Shown here piece after piece: positions 1-12,400 of a stretch of 64,000 nucleotides of DNA (position 1 is the stretch's first letter; each line of letters starts with the position of its first letter). The stretch is from Amphiscolops sp. MND2022 (lineage: Eukaryota): the NCBI GenBank assembly GCA_964187785.1, contig OZ076409.1, positions 82,400,001-82,464,000 of the forward strand. The letters are read 5' to 3'. Made by a program: the position numbers and the translations under genes. Under the pieces are notes generated by a model, which searched no databases, was not told the DNA's origin, and saw nothing but the letters and a program-made list of their open reading frames with translations.

Positions 1-637
1 TTGGGTTGCCTTACATTGTTTTCGTATTGTTTAATCTTGGATTGATCCCGGATTGTTCGGATTGTTCGATCATAGTTTTTCTGGTTTGTTGTTGTTGTAG
101 TTCGCATTTTTTTGTCATGGTATCTGTTACGACTATTTACCGGTGTTGTTTTAGAGTTAGTCGCAGTGTGAATTTTGACGGATGTAGACGTCCTTGCTAC
201 GGAGACATTCTCTGGTTCAGAGTCCGAGTCTTGAGCATTCATGTAGACAGTCTGTTTTTTGTTTAAAGGCGCTATCAGTTTTAACATTTCCTTCTGGTTT
301 TCCGCAAGTAGTTTGGTGAGATCAGACATAATCTCTTTTCTTAATGATGTTTTTATCTCAGCCAAGTTTTCTGGTTCTATCCTAGGGATCTTGCTAGAAC
401 TAGCTACAAGAGTTTCAGGCGGAAAGTTTTCGGTTATGGAGGTTTCAAAATCACCGGAGACTAATTCTGCTACAGCCTTCTTTTTCTGACTTCTAGTTGT
501 CATTTTGCTTCAGAGGGAGAGAGAGAAAGTATCTTTGGAAAGGTTAAATTCTTCAAAGATTCGTTTTCGTTATAATAACGGAACTGAACTGATTGTTATA
601 AGTCAAGTTGGGAAAACTAACTGATTTACATGTATGT
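1..637. repeat. Tandem duplicate of 1606-2242 (flank, TSD and 513 bp of element A LTR)
   Basis: Matches 1606-2242 at offset 1605, including the GTATC|TGTTAC junction at 120-130; diverges at 638. Confidence 0.93.
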
Positions 638-1729
638 GAAGAAACTATCACCATCATGTGAATATCTGATTAATGCACTCAATGAACAGTTAATTAATGA
701 TTAAAACCTAGAATGACCTTCTAAAAAAGTTTGAATATAGTACTTATTTAAATATGACAAGTGGGGCAAATCGCGTATGTTTGAAAATGGGTCCATCGAG
801 ATATTTCACAACTCCTGAATATTTGCCGACAAAATTTGCTGATGACAACCTTAACTTCAACTTGAAACGTTGTGTAAAACTTGATAAAAATCGATTTACC
901 CCACAGAGTAAAAACAACGTGATCGTATCAGTAACACAGCTGGGAAAGTTTTCGAATTTAGTTTCAATATTCGATAGTGAAGTGTGTTTCTACAAGATTT
1001 TTCTGTGGAATATCTCTGTAACTTCTACGTTTAGCTCAAAGGTTATACAGATCTGCATGATGTAAAACGATCCAGCAGTCTCATTAAGTACGATTTGACC
1101 AACTGTATCAATGTTTTAGTATATTTTACCTCAAAAAATTACTAGAAAACTGTTGAAAAATAGGAAGTTACGATTGTAAGGGGGTATTCAAATCGTCATC
1201 GATTTATCAATGGAGTAGATTAGCGTATACAATTGTAAGTACCCTACATAAGTTCCTTAAAGGTAAGACAGTTACATGCTAGGTTTACATTTTGAACTCT
1301 AATAAAAATACAAACGTGTATGTACTTACATGCCACATTCCTTCCTGTAAAAGTATATTTTTGTTCACGAAAAAATGACTTACGTGTAAGACACAAATGA
1401 TATAACACAATTAGTAATCTGAAACAAAATTGTTATCAATTACAATACGATTCAGTTCCGGAAGTGCTACTTGAGTTTTTCTTGGGAACGGTGGACCTCG
1501 TCCTCGCCTTCCTTCTCTATCCGTTTTTCTTCCTTACTCTGCTGATTGGTCGAGTTTCTCTATGATTATTTGTTTGGTGTTTATTTTGAGAGTCATTATA
1601 TGTTTTTGGGTTGCCTTACATTGTTTTCGTATTGTTTAATCTTGGATTGATCCCGGATTGTTCGGATTGTTCGATCATAGTTTTTCTGGTTTGTTGTTGT
1701 TGTAGTTCGCATTTTTTTGTCATGGTATC

Positions 1730-3935
1730 TGTTACGACTATTTACCGGTGTTGTTTTAGAGTTAGTCGCAGTGTGAATTTTGACGGATGTAGACGTCCTT
1801 GCTACGGAGACATTCTCTGGTTCAGAGTCCGAGTCTTGAGCATTCATGTAGACAGTCTGTTTTTTGTTTAAAGGCGCTATCAGTTTTAACATTTCCTTCT
1901 GGTTTTCCGCAAGTAGTTTGGTGAGATCAGACATAATCTCTTTTCTTAATGATGTTTTTATCTCAGCCAAGTTTTCTGGTTCTATCCTAGGGATCTTGCT
2001 AGAACTAGCTACAAGAGTTTCAGGCGGAAAGTTTTCGGTTATGGAGGTTTCAAAATCACCGGAGACTAATTCTGCTACAGCCTTCTTTTTCTGACTTCTA
2101 GTTGTCATTTTGCTTCAGAGGGAGAGAGAGAAAGTATCTTTGGAAAGGTTAAATTCTTCAAAGATTCGTTTTCGTTATAATAACGGAACTGAACTGATTG
2201 TTATAAGTCAAGTTGGGAAAACTAACTGATTTACATGTATGTATTACATATTTATACCTTCCCAGCATCATTTGTTCCTCACCTAAAAATTCCTAGGTAT
2301 CACAAAAATCGGGTTTGTTCAACAAAAAGCGCTAATGATTCATATTATTTCAGTCCCGCGTCATGAAGTCAGTCATCAAAATTCCTAGTTACGTCAGCAT
2401 TCCGTAAAATTTGTTGAAGTCATTTTTGTTCAGGCGGTTCATTTCCTGTTTGTGCTTCAAAATTGCGGTAAAATAGAAGTCTAGTTTTCAATTTCATCGA
2501 CGCAAGCACGCCGGCGTGATCAATTAGTCAGATTCCTAACTTAGAATTTGAAATTCGAAGTAAAAGAATGACACTCAAAAAATATCAACGGAACTGTGAC
2601 GGAATGTGAATATTTTATGGCCAAAGATACTTGAAAACCAAAATGAGGAACAAAGTGATGCTGAGAAGTCTTTAGGAAACGAATAGCTTGTGTAAATGCA
2701 AATTGTTACGAACTTTACATGTATTGGGAACTCAAAACAGAACATTTGATTTTAGCATCAAGTAAATGTCACGGAAACAGTCCGTTTATCAAGACTTGTT
2801 TAGCGACTAACACACTGAGTATTCAGGATTACTGGTTTACGAAAGCGTATAAAAATACATCATAGCACTCAGAAACAGATTGAACAAAGGTAGAAAAAGA
2901 CTAGGAGAGGTTATTGGGATGATTATCACTGCATCATATCAAAATTGGTACAAATTTCAAAACAACACGAACATTACGTTCATTTCATAATCCTATCTTA
3001 CAGTACAACTATTCTTTACGTAAACTTAATCTTAGGATTCCCTAAGGTGTATGAATTCAGAAAAGTTCTTCCAAAAGATTCATTTATTACGAAGTATCCT
3101 AGTTGCAATTTCTTAAGTTGCTCCGTAAATGCTCCGTACGTGTTGTGGTTGCTTATGGTAGAGCGGTGGAATACAATTTTACAATCCGCTCCGTAAGTGC
3201 TCCGTACGTATTAAGATTGCTTATAGCTGAGCAGCAGTAGCAAGCGGATTAGAAACGGAGAGCGTAGGCGAATTCATTCTCTTCTCTTAACTAGCAAGAG
3301 TTGCTAGGGGCAACCAAGCTTAATTTTATTGGTACCGGCTCGGATAATTCTGCCAACAAGCGACGCTATTGGTCCGTAAATATAGTAACGCCCGTCACCA
3401 GCTTAGTTGAGTGACGCTGTCATAACGTTGTAAACATTTACTTAAGATCACTTGACTGCGGTATTAAGTAGATATTCAGCAACTACTTTAATATTGGAAT
3501 ACATTTCCACTCTATTTTTGTATGTTTTTCCATTTTAGATCTCATGGGCTCCGTTGGGATCTCGGAGTTAAATGTTGTTTCTGTGTTTTCATTTTAGTGT
3601 GGGGCGCCAAAACGATCCCGTTTGCAAAACTATTTAGTATTTAGATTGGAATGGAAAACTCAGAAGATAAAACCGGAAATAAAACGGCGTTGCGTGTGAA
3701 AACATTAGGCCGGAAGTTTTAGCTAGTTTAAAATCATTTCTGAAAATCTTCCGTAACGTTTACGTTGAATTCCGTATTTAGAGAATTATTTGCGCTTATT
3801 AAATTGTACTGTGAGTAGAATTTTGATTTGATTAGTTTAATAAAGTTTAAAAGTATTTACTGTGCCCTTGTCCTCTGCCGAATCCCGGTATTCCATAGCA
3901 GCAAGTAAAATTACGACCGGGAGCGGGTCGTGACA
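1730..3935 (-). repeat. 3' LTR of element A (2206 bp)
   Basis: Near-identical to 15700-17904; TG...CA termini. Confidence 0.96.
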
Positions 3936-4603
3936 GGGCCCCTCTTGATGAGAGTGACAAGGGTAGAGCGTGGCAGTGCGGGATTTTTTTCTTTATTGTC
4001 ACGGGGGGACGACCATTGTACCTTCTTGATTGGAGGGGGCCGCGACCTCTTCCCGCCTTCATGTCTCTAATTTTCCTCTCTTCTTCGTCTATTTCGCGGG
4101 CTTCCTTCTCCAATCGTTCCACTTCCTCCGAACAGCATTCGGGGGGTCTAATTATGATATTAGGACGCAGATTTTCTTTTGCGTGTAGCCCGCGTCCACG
4201 GCCTAAAGATGCGAGGTAATTTCTGTCCTCCAAATCTAGGCTGTACAGAGCTTCCAATTCCGCTAGAGAAGGCTCATTCAGGTCATTTAATTTTCCCGAG
4301 TTCGGCATTCTTTCATTCCCCATAACAGGGATATTTTCCGTTCTTTTTAGAGCAAGGGTACGCATCATTGGGGAGGGTAAGCGCTGCGGTGAGTCTGGCT
4401 CTTCTCCTTTTCTTTTTGGGTGTCGGTGCCGTTTCGGGCGACTCTGAGGTGGAAACCATTTCTGCATCGCTTCCGCGATAAACTTCGACGGAAGAATCGC
4501 TCAAGTATCCTACCATATTGAGAGGCAGCGTTTTTATCGGTGTACTTGTCTTATTGGCTTCTTCATCTGACGAGATGTCGATAACTAGTGAATAGTTATT
4601 CAC
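3847..4603 (-). pseudogene. Sense accessory ORF3 of element A (SIM-like VIDISSDEE, NLS-like PKKKRRR, GRG repeats), probably one frameshift
   Basis: Overlapping ORFs 4313-4603 and 3847-4467; ends 89 nt inside the 3' LTR; the same position and VIDISSD motif recur in element B. Start codon uncertain. Confidence 0.6.
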
Positions 4604-4699
4604 TTTAGTAGGAGAGAATACTGAGTACTATTTCGGAAAGGTTGCAGGTAATTTGTTAGTGATGATTTCTTGTAACGCTTCAGAAAAATGAGAAAATTT

Positions 4700-5000
4700 T
4701 AAGCTGGTCAAGCTTCTGCTGAGATTGGACGACAAGTGAACGTTTTAAATTATTTCCTTTCGGCAATTTCATCGAATTTCTATTGGTCGATTTTCCGTTT
4801 TCGTTCCGGTTCGTCACGAGTTAAAGGAAACGAGTTCTTTCTTGCTGTGTTATGATTGGTCGAAATACTTGAGGGAAACTTCTAATTTTAGTTTCCGTCC
4901 TCTTTTCGGTTAATGGCGTAATGACGTCACAGAATTACATCTGTATTCCGTGATCTTTTAATAAGTTCCCAAGTTCTTCTTGACATTTCGTGGTGGATTT
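4700..5000. promoter_or_regulatory. Putative internal divergent promoter of element A
   Basis: Lies between head-to-head ORF3 and the antisense gene; two ATTGGTCGA (inverted CCAAT) at 4782 and 4855; CRE TGACGTCA at 4922-4929. Confidence 0.45.
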
Positions 5001-5216
5001 GTATCCACTGTAAGGTCTTTGGAAACGTTTTGTTCCGTCTATGCCATAATAGGCTTTTATTGGAGTTGAAGATAGGGTGATTTTCATTTATGTAGGAATG
5101 ATGTTATTAATTTCCTCCCAATTAGTTGTTTACGTAACGTAATTCTTCTTCTTTGTGATTTTCCTTATTTATACTTTTTTAGATTGCCGTGGGCATCTTT
5201 GCTGTCGTTTCTTTCT

Positions 5217-8200
5217 ATGGATGACGAAACTGCTCCGCTCCAAGGCACCGTCACCGGATTTGTCAGTGGCAATGAAACCAATTTTTGTTATACTGACGAT
5301 GACGTGATCTTTTCGGAGGTGGAGGCAGTGGTTACTTCTTCAGGTTGGTAAAATTTTTCTGACTTTCATGGGTAATTGGACTGTTGTTTTGGTGATCAGC
5401 CTTTTCAGTCTTACCCGAATACCTGACGCGTCAAACCAGATCTTGATTTTCAGTAACTCAACCTGGCGCTTCAACTGCGGTTGTTTCCGTAGCCACTGCG
5501 GGAGTTCTTTCGACAGAGGCTACTGTTCTGCCATCAGTTTCTACTATCTTGTCTTGTAAGCCTTCTAGTGCTGTTAACGAAATGTTAACCACTGTATTGA
5601 CTAGCGCTGAGCCCGACGATTTCTTTCCAGTGGACTCTTTTCCTGTCATTGTTGGTCCGAGTACGCGTGTTGTTGCTGCAAGTAGCGATAGTGAGTCTCA
5701 AGAAGGTGAGACAGATCCCCCCGCCAATAGAAAAACCCGTTGGTAGATTCGTTTTTGATGGTATATTTCTGGTATATGGGCGGGGTGTACGAAATTTTTT
5801 TTGTTGTTGTAGGTTTGAGGGATGCTGAGACGTATGGGCCTTCCAACATTTGTGTGACGCCATCGAAACGGGCAAAGAAAGTTGTTATCGCTCCGCCATC
5901 GCCTCCTCCCTTGGTGCATGCTTCTACTGGTTGGCAGAGTTAGTTCTAATATTGTTTTTATCTTCCGTTTCATTCTTTGAATTGGGGAGAGTGTTAGTTG
6001 CCCATTGGTTTGGTTTGTTTGGGGATGTCCTATTGTTTGGTACACGTTTTCATTGGGTGTTGATGTTGTGTAGGTCACGATGATGATCAGTTGTATGGTG
6101 TCGGCGGTGTGACGTTGAGTCCCCAGGATGTGATGCGATTGGGTCAGCAACTTGTGGAAGAGGTGACGGAGAGTGCTACGCTGGTTATTCAAAACGGTTA
6201 GCATTTGCGTTTTCCCTGTAATTCGGGTATTACTTTGTTATTTGGTGAGGGTTTTCGTTCATTTTCAGTGTAGTGTGTATATTCTTTATCCCCTTCGTGT
6301 GTTGTTTGTAGAGTTGCAAGAGTTCAGTGGGAAGGTAGAAAAACGTCTGGCCAAGCGGACAGTGAAGACATACGGGAATCGCAACACGTTGCATCGTCGT
6401 ATGTTGAGTCGACATCCTGCTTTTCCTGATTTCGTGACAGGCTCCACGACCGGTGAGGGAACTCACTTCCACTGTCGGGTATGCAAGCGTGATGTGGCCA
6501 TGAAAGCTCAGGGCTCTGGAGAGTTTAGCAGACATTTCCGTTCTGATGCTCACTGGTTTAAGGACGTTACTTATCGCGTCCATATGGGTCTTCAGGTGCT
6601 CAACAGGTTGATGGAGCCAATGGAACTGTCAGCAAGTCAACTGGCAGACTATAAGTCTCGACCATTTTGTGATCTGAGCGGGGAGTATCCGTTCCCTGAA
6701 GATCTATTCCCCAAGCATTCAAAAGCGGAGTCAAACGTGCCCTACATGACCTTGGTTTCTTGTTTTTGCGAATTCTTGCGGAATGGTGGTGATTTTGATT
6801 ACCTTCGTTGTCTGTGGGGCCACTTCCGAGCAACATTGGGCGACCGAGAACCTTGCTTTCCTTTACGATGGAGCCGTTCTGAGACCGTGGTGAGTTGGTT
6901 TGGTTATTGTTACTGTTTATTTCCGTCATTTATCCGGGTGAGAGAAAAACAGAAAGGGATGGGGGGATGTCTTTTGTAGTTGTTTTGAATGTAGGGTCTC
7001 GTTTGTGTTTTAGTCATTCCTTTGTCGGGGGCTGGCTCCGCGAGTTCTTCGTCTGATGTTGAGTGACGTCAAATCTTTTTGATTCTCTGAAGAGTACGGG
7101 ATGCAGTTTGAGAAGTCTGGGAACATAGAACGTTGCTATGTTCTTTGTTGGGATGCGCTGAATTTAAAAAAGATTTGTGTGGGAGATCAGTCCTTGGATC
7201 AAAAAATGCCCGAACCCGAGTTGCTCCCGTTGGCACGTGTACCGAGCTGTCTAGAGGGACAGCAATTACCGGTGTCAGTTCTTGGCGCTAGCCCTTCCCT
7301 CATTCGCATGTTAGACGCGAACAGGACGGATGATCGGCGGTTTCTGTCATGGCAGTCGTTTGATGAGGAGGTGTTTCTCCATTGTTTCCGTCAGTCTCAT
7401 CAGGACATTTTTGGAATGATTGAAGTGACGACTGCATTGGAGTATGTGATCCATCGATTGAAAGGGGCTTTGTCTGAGGATTGGTCAGAAGACAGGCCTC
7501 TTCTTCGATCGTGCATACGGGAAGGCTCCGTTGCATTCTGCAATCTTCGAGAGGTCGTAGGCAATTTAATCGAACTGTGGCCTTCCATACGTCCTTACAT
7601 TCGCTACACTGGACATCCTCATTTTAAGAGTGTTGCTGATAGGGTGAGTACCGTCGTATTATTTGTTCATTTCGGTCTTGTGTCATTCCTTTGTTCTCTC
7701 TCGTGCTCTGCTGTGGTATATATGATCTTGGAAAGATGGTATAATTTATCCATTTTAGCTGCGCGGCACGGACTTCGAGTTAATCTCCGATAGTCTCATT
7801 GTCTACCGTTTCGGCTTCCTTCGACTGCTTTTAGACTCCTGTAAGTATGGTGAGCTTTCGTTATAGTTGTTCTCTTTCGACTGTTTCTGATTGTGGTAGT
7901 GTATTGGCTGATGTTTCTTGTCGTTGTGGATATGCTATTGTATCTGGTTTCTATTGGCTGTTTCGTTTTGATCAAGGATTCTGCTTCTTTTCAATAGTTC
8001 ATGTGTTTAGATTACTTCAATTTTGAGAGATTGCGTCAGTGCCGGAGAGATTACGGGTTTCATGGTTACGGTGAGGTCTGCAACTTCGTTTACTGTCTGC
8101 TGATGCGAACCCGTAAGCTGTCTGATTTGCCAGGTATCCATGAGTGGGAAAGTTATATGGATATTTCGAAACTTTCTTATTTCAACGCTATTTCCATGGA

Positions 8201-9275
8201 GGAGTTCCTGATGGACAGTGATTTTGGTCGCGAGCTGGTCACTGTCAAGACGAGTGAGATGCGGGAATTCCGCGTTAAATGTCGTGAGTGTATCGATCGG
8301 CTTGTGTCTTTGATCCTGACTAGTACAGCTGTGACTTCTGGCGTTTCGCGAGGACTTTATGCTTTCTGTCCGGAGATTATGTTTGGCGGCGACGATCACC
8401 GCATTTTCGAGTTGTTTGGTTCTCTTTGTGATTTGTTCAGATCCTGCCACGTGATGTCTTCGGACGGCTTGAATGCTGCTGTTGCTGAGTTCAAGAGCTA
8501 TGTGATAGAGAAACGCAGGCATTACGAGGATGCGACATGTGCTGCGAGTGAGATTCCTGACGTGGTTCAGTTTCTGTTGCGGGATTTTGCCTTCCAGTCT
8601 CGGACTCATGTATTTCGACTGTTTAAAATATGTTGTCTGGTGGTTGGAGTGCCAAAAAGTAACCTTCCTGCAGTTATTATCGATTTGGGTGGTAGCGCGC
8701 TGAGTCCGGCAGTGGTTCAGGATTGTGTATTGTTAGTGCAGTCTCACATCATCAGTCCGAGTTTCAATCCTCGATTGTTCTTTTCAGCTTCGTTACTTGT
8801 TGCAGTCCGGGAAGCTATTGCAGAGTCAGGCATTTTCCTCAGAGTTGCCGATTTTGATGTATGGAAAGCTTTTTGCTCTGGCGATATGGAGTCTTTTGCT
8901 GGGCATTATCGATCTTTGTATAAGAAGTATTTAATGGGACGACAGAAAGAGTACGACACTTTCTATGTGGAAAGCAACAAGACGAATCGGCGTTCTCGCG
9001 AGAGCCAGTGTTCAAGTTCAACTGAGGCCGGAAGTGCTACAAATTCTGTTGTCGGTTCCAAGAAAGCATCGTCCAAGATTGCTTCGTCAAAGTCTGTGAA
9101 GGCAGGTGCGTCTACTCCTCGTTCATCAGCAAAGGTTGTGAGTAGGGAAGATGGAGCTGTTGCGAAAAAGAGTGGTGGGGGCAGTGCGTCTAGAAAGTCA
9201 AAGAAGGATAAGAGCAGTGATTCTGATGATCCTGATGTAGTCCACAAGTTGAAAAAGACATCTTCTATGCATTAA
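5217..9275 (+). CDS. Antisense multi-exon accessory gene of element A: zinc-finger, hAT-transposase-like protein (one premature TGA at 7080)
   Basis: Phase-consistent GT-AG model: exons 5217-5343, 5454-5738, 5813-5929, 6074-6196, 6312-6889, 7014-7643, 7759-7840, 8011-9275. Contains CRVCKRDV...HFRSDAH and aligns by eye with the element B gene. The 5' exons are less certain. Confidence 0.8.
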
Positions 9276-9466
9276 TGGATAATTGATGATGATTTGATTT
9301 CCTGATGAATTATATCTTTTGATGTACCTGTTATTTGTATTCTTTGTTTTATGGTCTGGTTGATTTCTACGAGTCCCACCATTCGTTCATTATAGTTACG
9401 TAGTTTTAGTAGATTGTAAAAATTGACGTAGTCATTCCGGTTCGGTTTGATATGCTGATTTTTTGT

Positions 9467-12400
9467 CTAGTCCTGAGATGATCGTAGTTCTCCCGTAGTG
9501 ACTAAGTCGAGCATTCGGAAGTCAGGATTTACGTTAGGTCGTGGATTAGGTCTTAAATTGTATCGGCCTACTTTCCTAGGATTATATCCAATGACTATAG
9601 GCGGTAGTTCGGGTGTTTTGGGGTTTTCCCTTCTGCAGAGTTTTCATTTGTGGCTGTTTGAGCCACGTCATTTTCCGTTATATCTTTGTTTGTGGTTGTT
9701 TTAACCACGTCATTTTCCGCTGTAATTCCAGTTGTAATTGTTTTAATCACATCATTTCCCGTTGTAATTTCGTTGTTTTCTGTTGTGTCCGTGATTTCTG
9801 CGACTGTGGTTTCTTCGGTGGCGTTTTCCGTATTGTTTCCGAACAGAACTTCTCCGAATTCGGTTTCCCAAGCTTGCGCGTACCAATCATTGTGGGTTGT
9901 TTTAACCTCTGGATCTGGAAGGTAATCTTCCTTTCTGACTGTTACGTCAGGTAATAGCTGATTGGGCGCATATAGCCTTAGGCGAATTCTATGGAGGGTT
10001 TGTGTATACCTAGTTCCTGTGCGACGTACGACGTAGTTATTGTTCGAGAGTACTTTGACTACTATGTAGGGTCCAGTCCAAATGCAATCTTTAAAGGAAA
10101 ATTTCATTGACTGGTTGTCTGCCTTCGGGTTGAGGACGTAGCAGTAGTCGTTGACTTTGAGCGGTGTAGCCGTTGCTTTCTTGTCATAGTACTGTTTGTA
10201 TTTGAGGTAAGACTGCATTAGGTTCTATTGGCAGCTTGGTGTATCTCGGCTATTTGTTTCTGTAGTTGGTCCGTTAGTTCTTCATTGCTATCTTTTTCCC
10301 ATTTAGGTTTTAATCCAAGTTTTATGTCCAAAATGTTGTACGGGATGCGTCCGTGAAACACTGTTGTAGGTTCACAACCTAGGCTTTCATGGTAGCTTGT
10401 ATTGTAATTCATGACTGCAATCTGGACGTATTTGTGCCACATGGAACGTCGTTCTCCCGTTGATATCTTTAAAGAGGTTTTTAAAGAAGCATGAGTCCTT
10501 TCTAGGATGCCATTTGTTTGGGCGTGTTTCGTCGATGCGTGGCTTATCCTTATATCCAATGTTTGTGCTATTTGGTTGAGTACTTCTGACCTGAATTGTG
10601 ATCCTTTATCCGTTAGAATGACGGTCGGTAGATAGCAGTGTCGTGTCATGACATCTATTATGCATCGTGCGACTGTTTTTGCTGTCATATCTTGAGTCGG
10701 GTAAGCGAAAAGGTAACGCGAAAAAACATCCATCATCGTTATGATGTGTTGGTATCCATTTGAGGAAGGTAGATTTGGTAGAATGTCTACTTCTAGGCAG
10801 TCTTCTGGTCCCATTGTGAATTCAGTGTTGCTTAGCATTTTGGGACGTATCTGTCTCGTGTCTATTCTTTTATTGGCGATGCAATCCTGACAACTGGTTA
10901 CCCAAGCTCTGATTTATCATGCAAGACCCGGGAAGTAGTATTTCGCTCTGCATTCTTGTATCATTTTGGTGAATCCTGGGTGTTTATTTGTTTCCCATGT
11001 AGAGTGGACAGGAGTTCTGGGACTAGGTGTTTTGGAATTATAATTTGGTTATGTGTGACTGTTCCGTCTTCTCCATAATACTTTCGCATCAGAACTCCAT
11101 CTTTCATTATGATTCTTTCTTCGTGGCGTAGTAGGTTTCGTCCTCGTGGTTCAGTTTTGAGAAGGTGCTTGTCATATTCTTCGTGTGAGATCCGTTGTTT
11201 CAGTGCTTTGAGGAGAGGATCTGCATCTTGTTCGTTTCTGATCCGTGCATTTTCCTTAATTGCACCAAAAGAGTAGACTGCGGAGTTGAGTGGTATCTTG
11301 ATGACTTCGGTTACCTTTGTTGATAGTTCTCTTTCATGTTCATCTAGGGCACGTCGTTTGCTGAGTTCCTTTCGGGCAAAAATTTCTTGCTCAGATTCAT
11401 CTTCTTCATCTGATAGGAAGAAAAGTTGTTCCTCGTCAGCTACATCTGATGATTGTAGGTTAACTTCAATTGGGGACGTTAGGATGTCGTTCCGTAGTTT
11501 AAGTTGTACCTTTTCTTTCGGTGTAAGTTCAAGTCTTGAGAGAAAATCTGCTGCTGTGTTTTGGGAGCCTGCTACGTGCATGATCCGGAACTTGAACTGA
11601 AGTACGTAGTCGCATTCCACAGTGCTGGTGGTGTTGTTTTCGTCTGAAAGAATCTGGTTACTGAGCGGTTGTCCGTTAAGACCAGAGTCGGAATTGTTGT
11701 CTCCCATAGTATACGGCTGTATTCAAGGAAGGCGTGGTAGATTGCCAAGAATTCCTTGCAGTAGATGGACATTTTCAGTTGTGCAGGTGAAAAAACTCGT
11801 GATCCGAACGCTACTGGTGCGAAGGTTTTCCGTTTGGAGAGTATTTTGCGTTCGTCGTTCTCCTCGATCATGAGGGCGTAGCCTGATGCACGAAAGCTTG
11901 CATCCGTCATTAGAACGTACTGTTTTCCTGCTATGGGCTGTCGGAGTGCAAGTCCACAAGCTTCCGCTAAACTGGCGTTAATTTCCTTAAATTTATCGAC
12001 AAGTTCTTCTGAAATTCTGATTTTGGAGTCTGCTTTGAGAAGTTCGTACATGCCAATGAGTTTTTCTGACAAGCGCGGTATGTAGTTGCGGTAGTAGTTA
12101 ACAAAGCCAATGTATTTTTGAACTTGTTTTTTGGATTTGGGGAAGCGGACTTTGGAGAGGAAATTTTTGACTTTTTGATCTTGCGGGGCTACGCCGTCGG
12201 GGGTGATGGTTCGGCCAAGGAAGTCGATTTGGGTTACTCCAAAATGGCAATTTTCGATGGTTAGTTTTAATCCTGCTTTTCTAATGCATTTGAAGACTGC
12301 TCTGATGTTCTGTATGAGCTGTTCCGTTGTGTTTGCGGCAATGCCAATGTCATCTACGTATTGTGCACATTGGTCGGCTTTGATAACTGAGTCCAGATAC

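Noticed and set aside
3847..9275. env gene
   Set aside because: No signal peptide, furin site or TM anchor is evident; the large gene is antisense and spliced.
5000..9400. Nested hAT DNA transposon explaining the antisense gene
   Set aside because: No TIRs or 8-bp TSD were seen, and the same position, orientation and introns occur in two divergent families.
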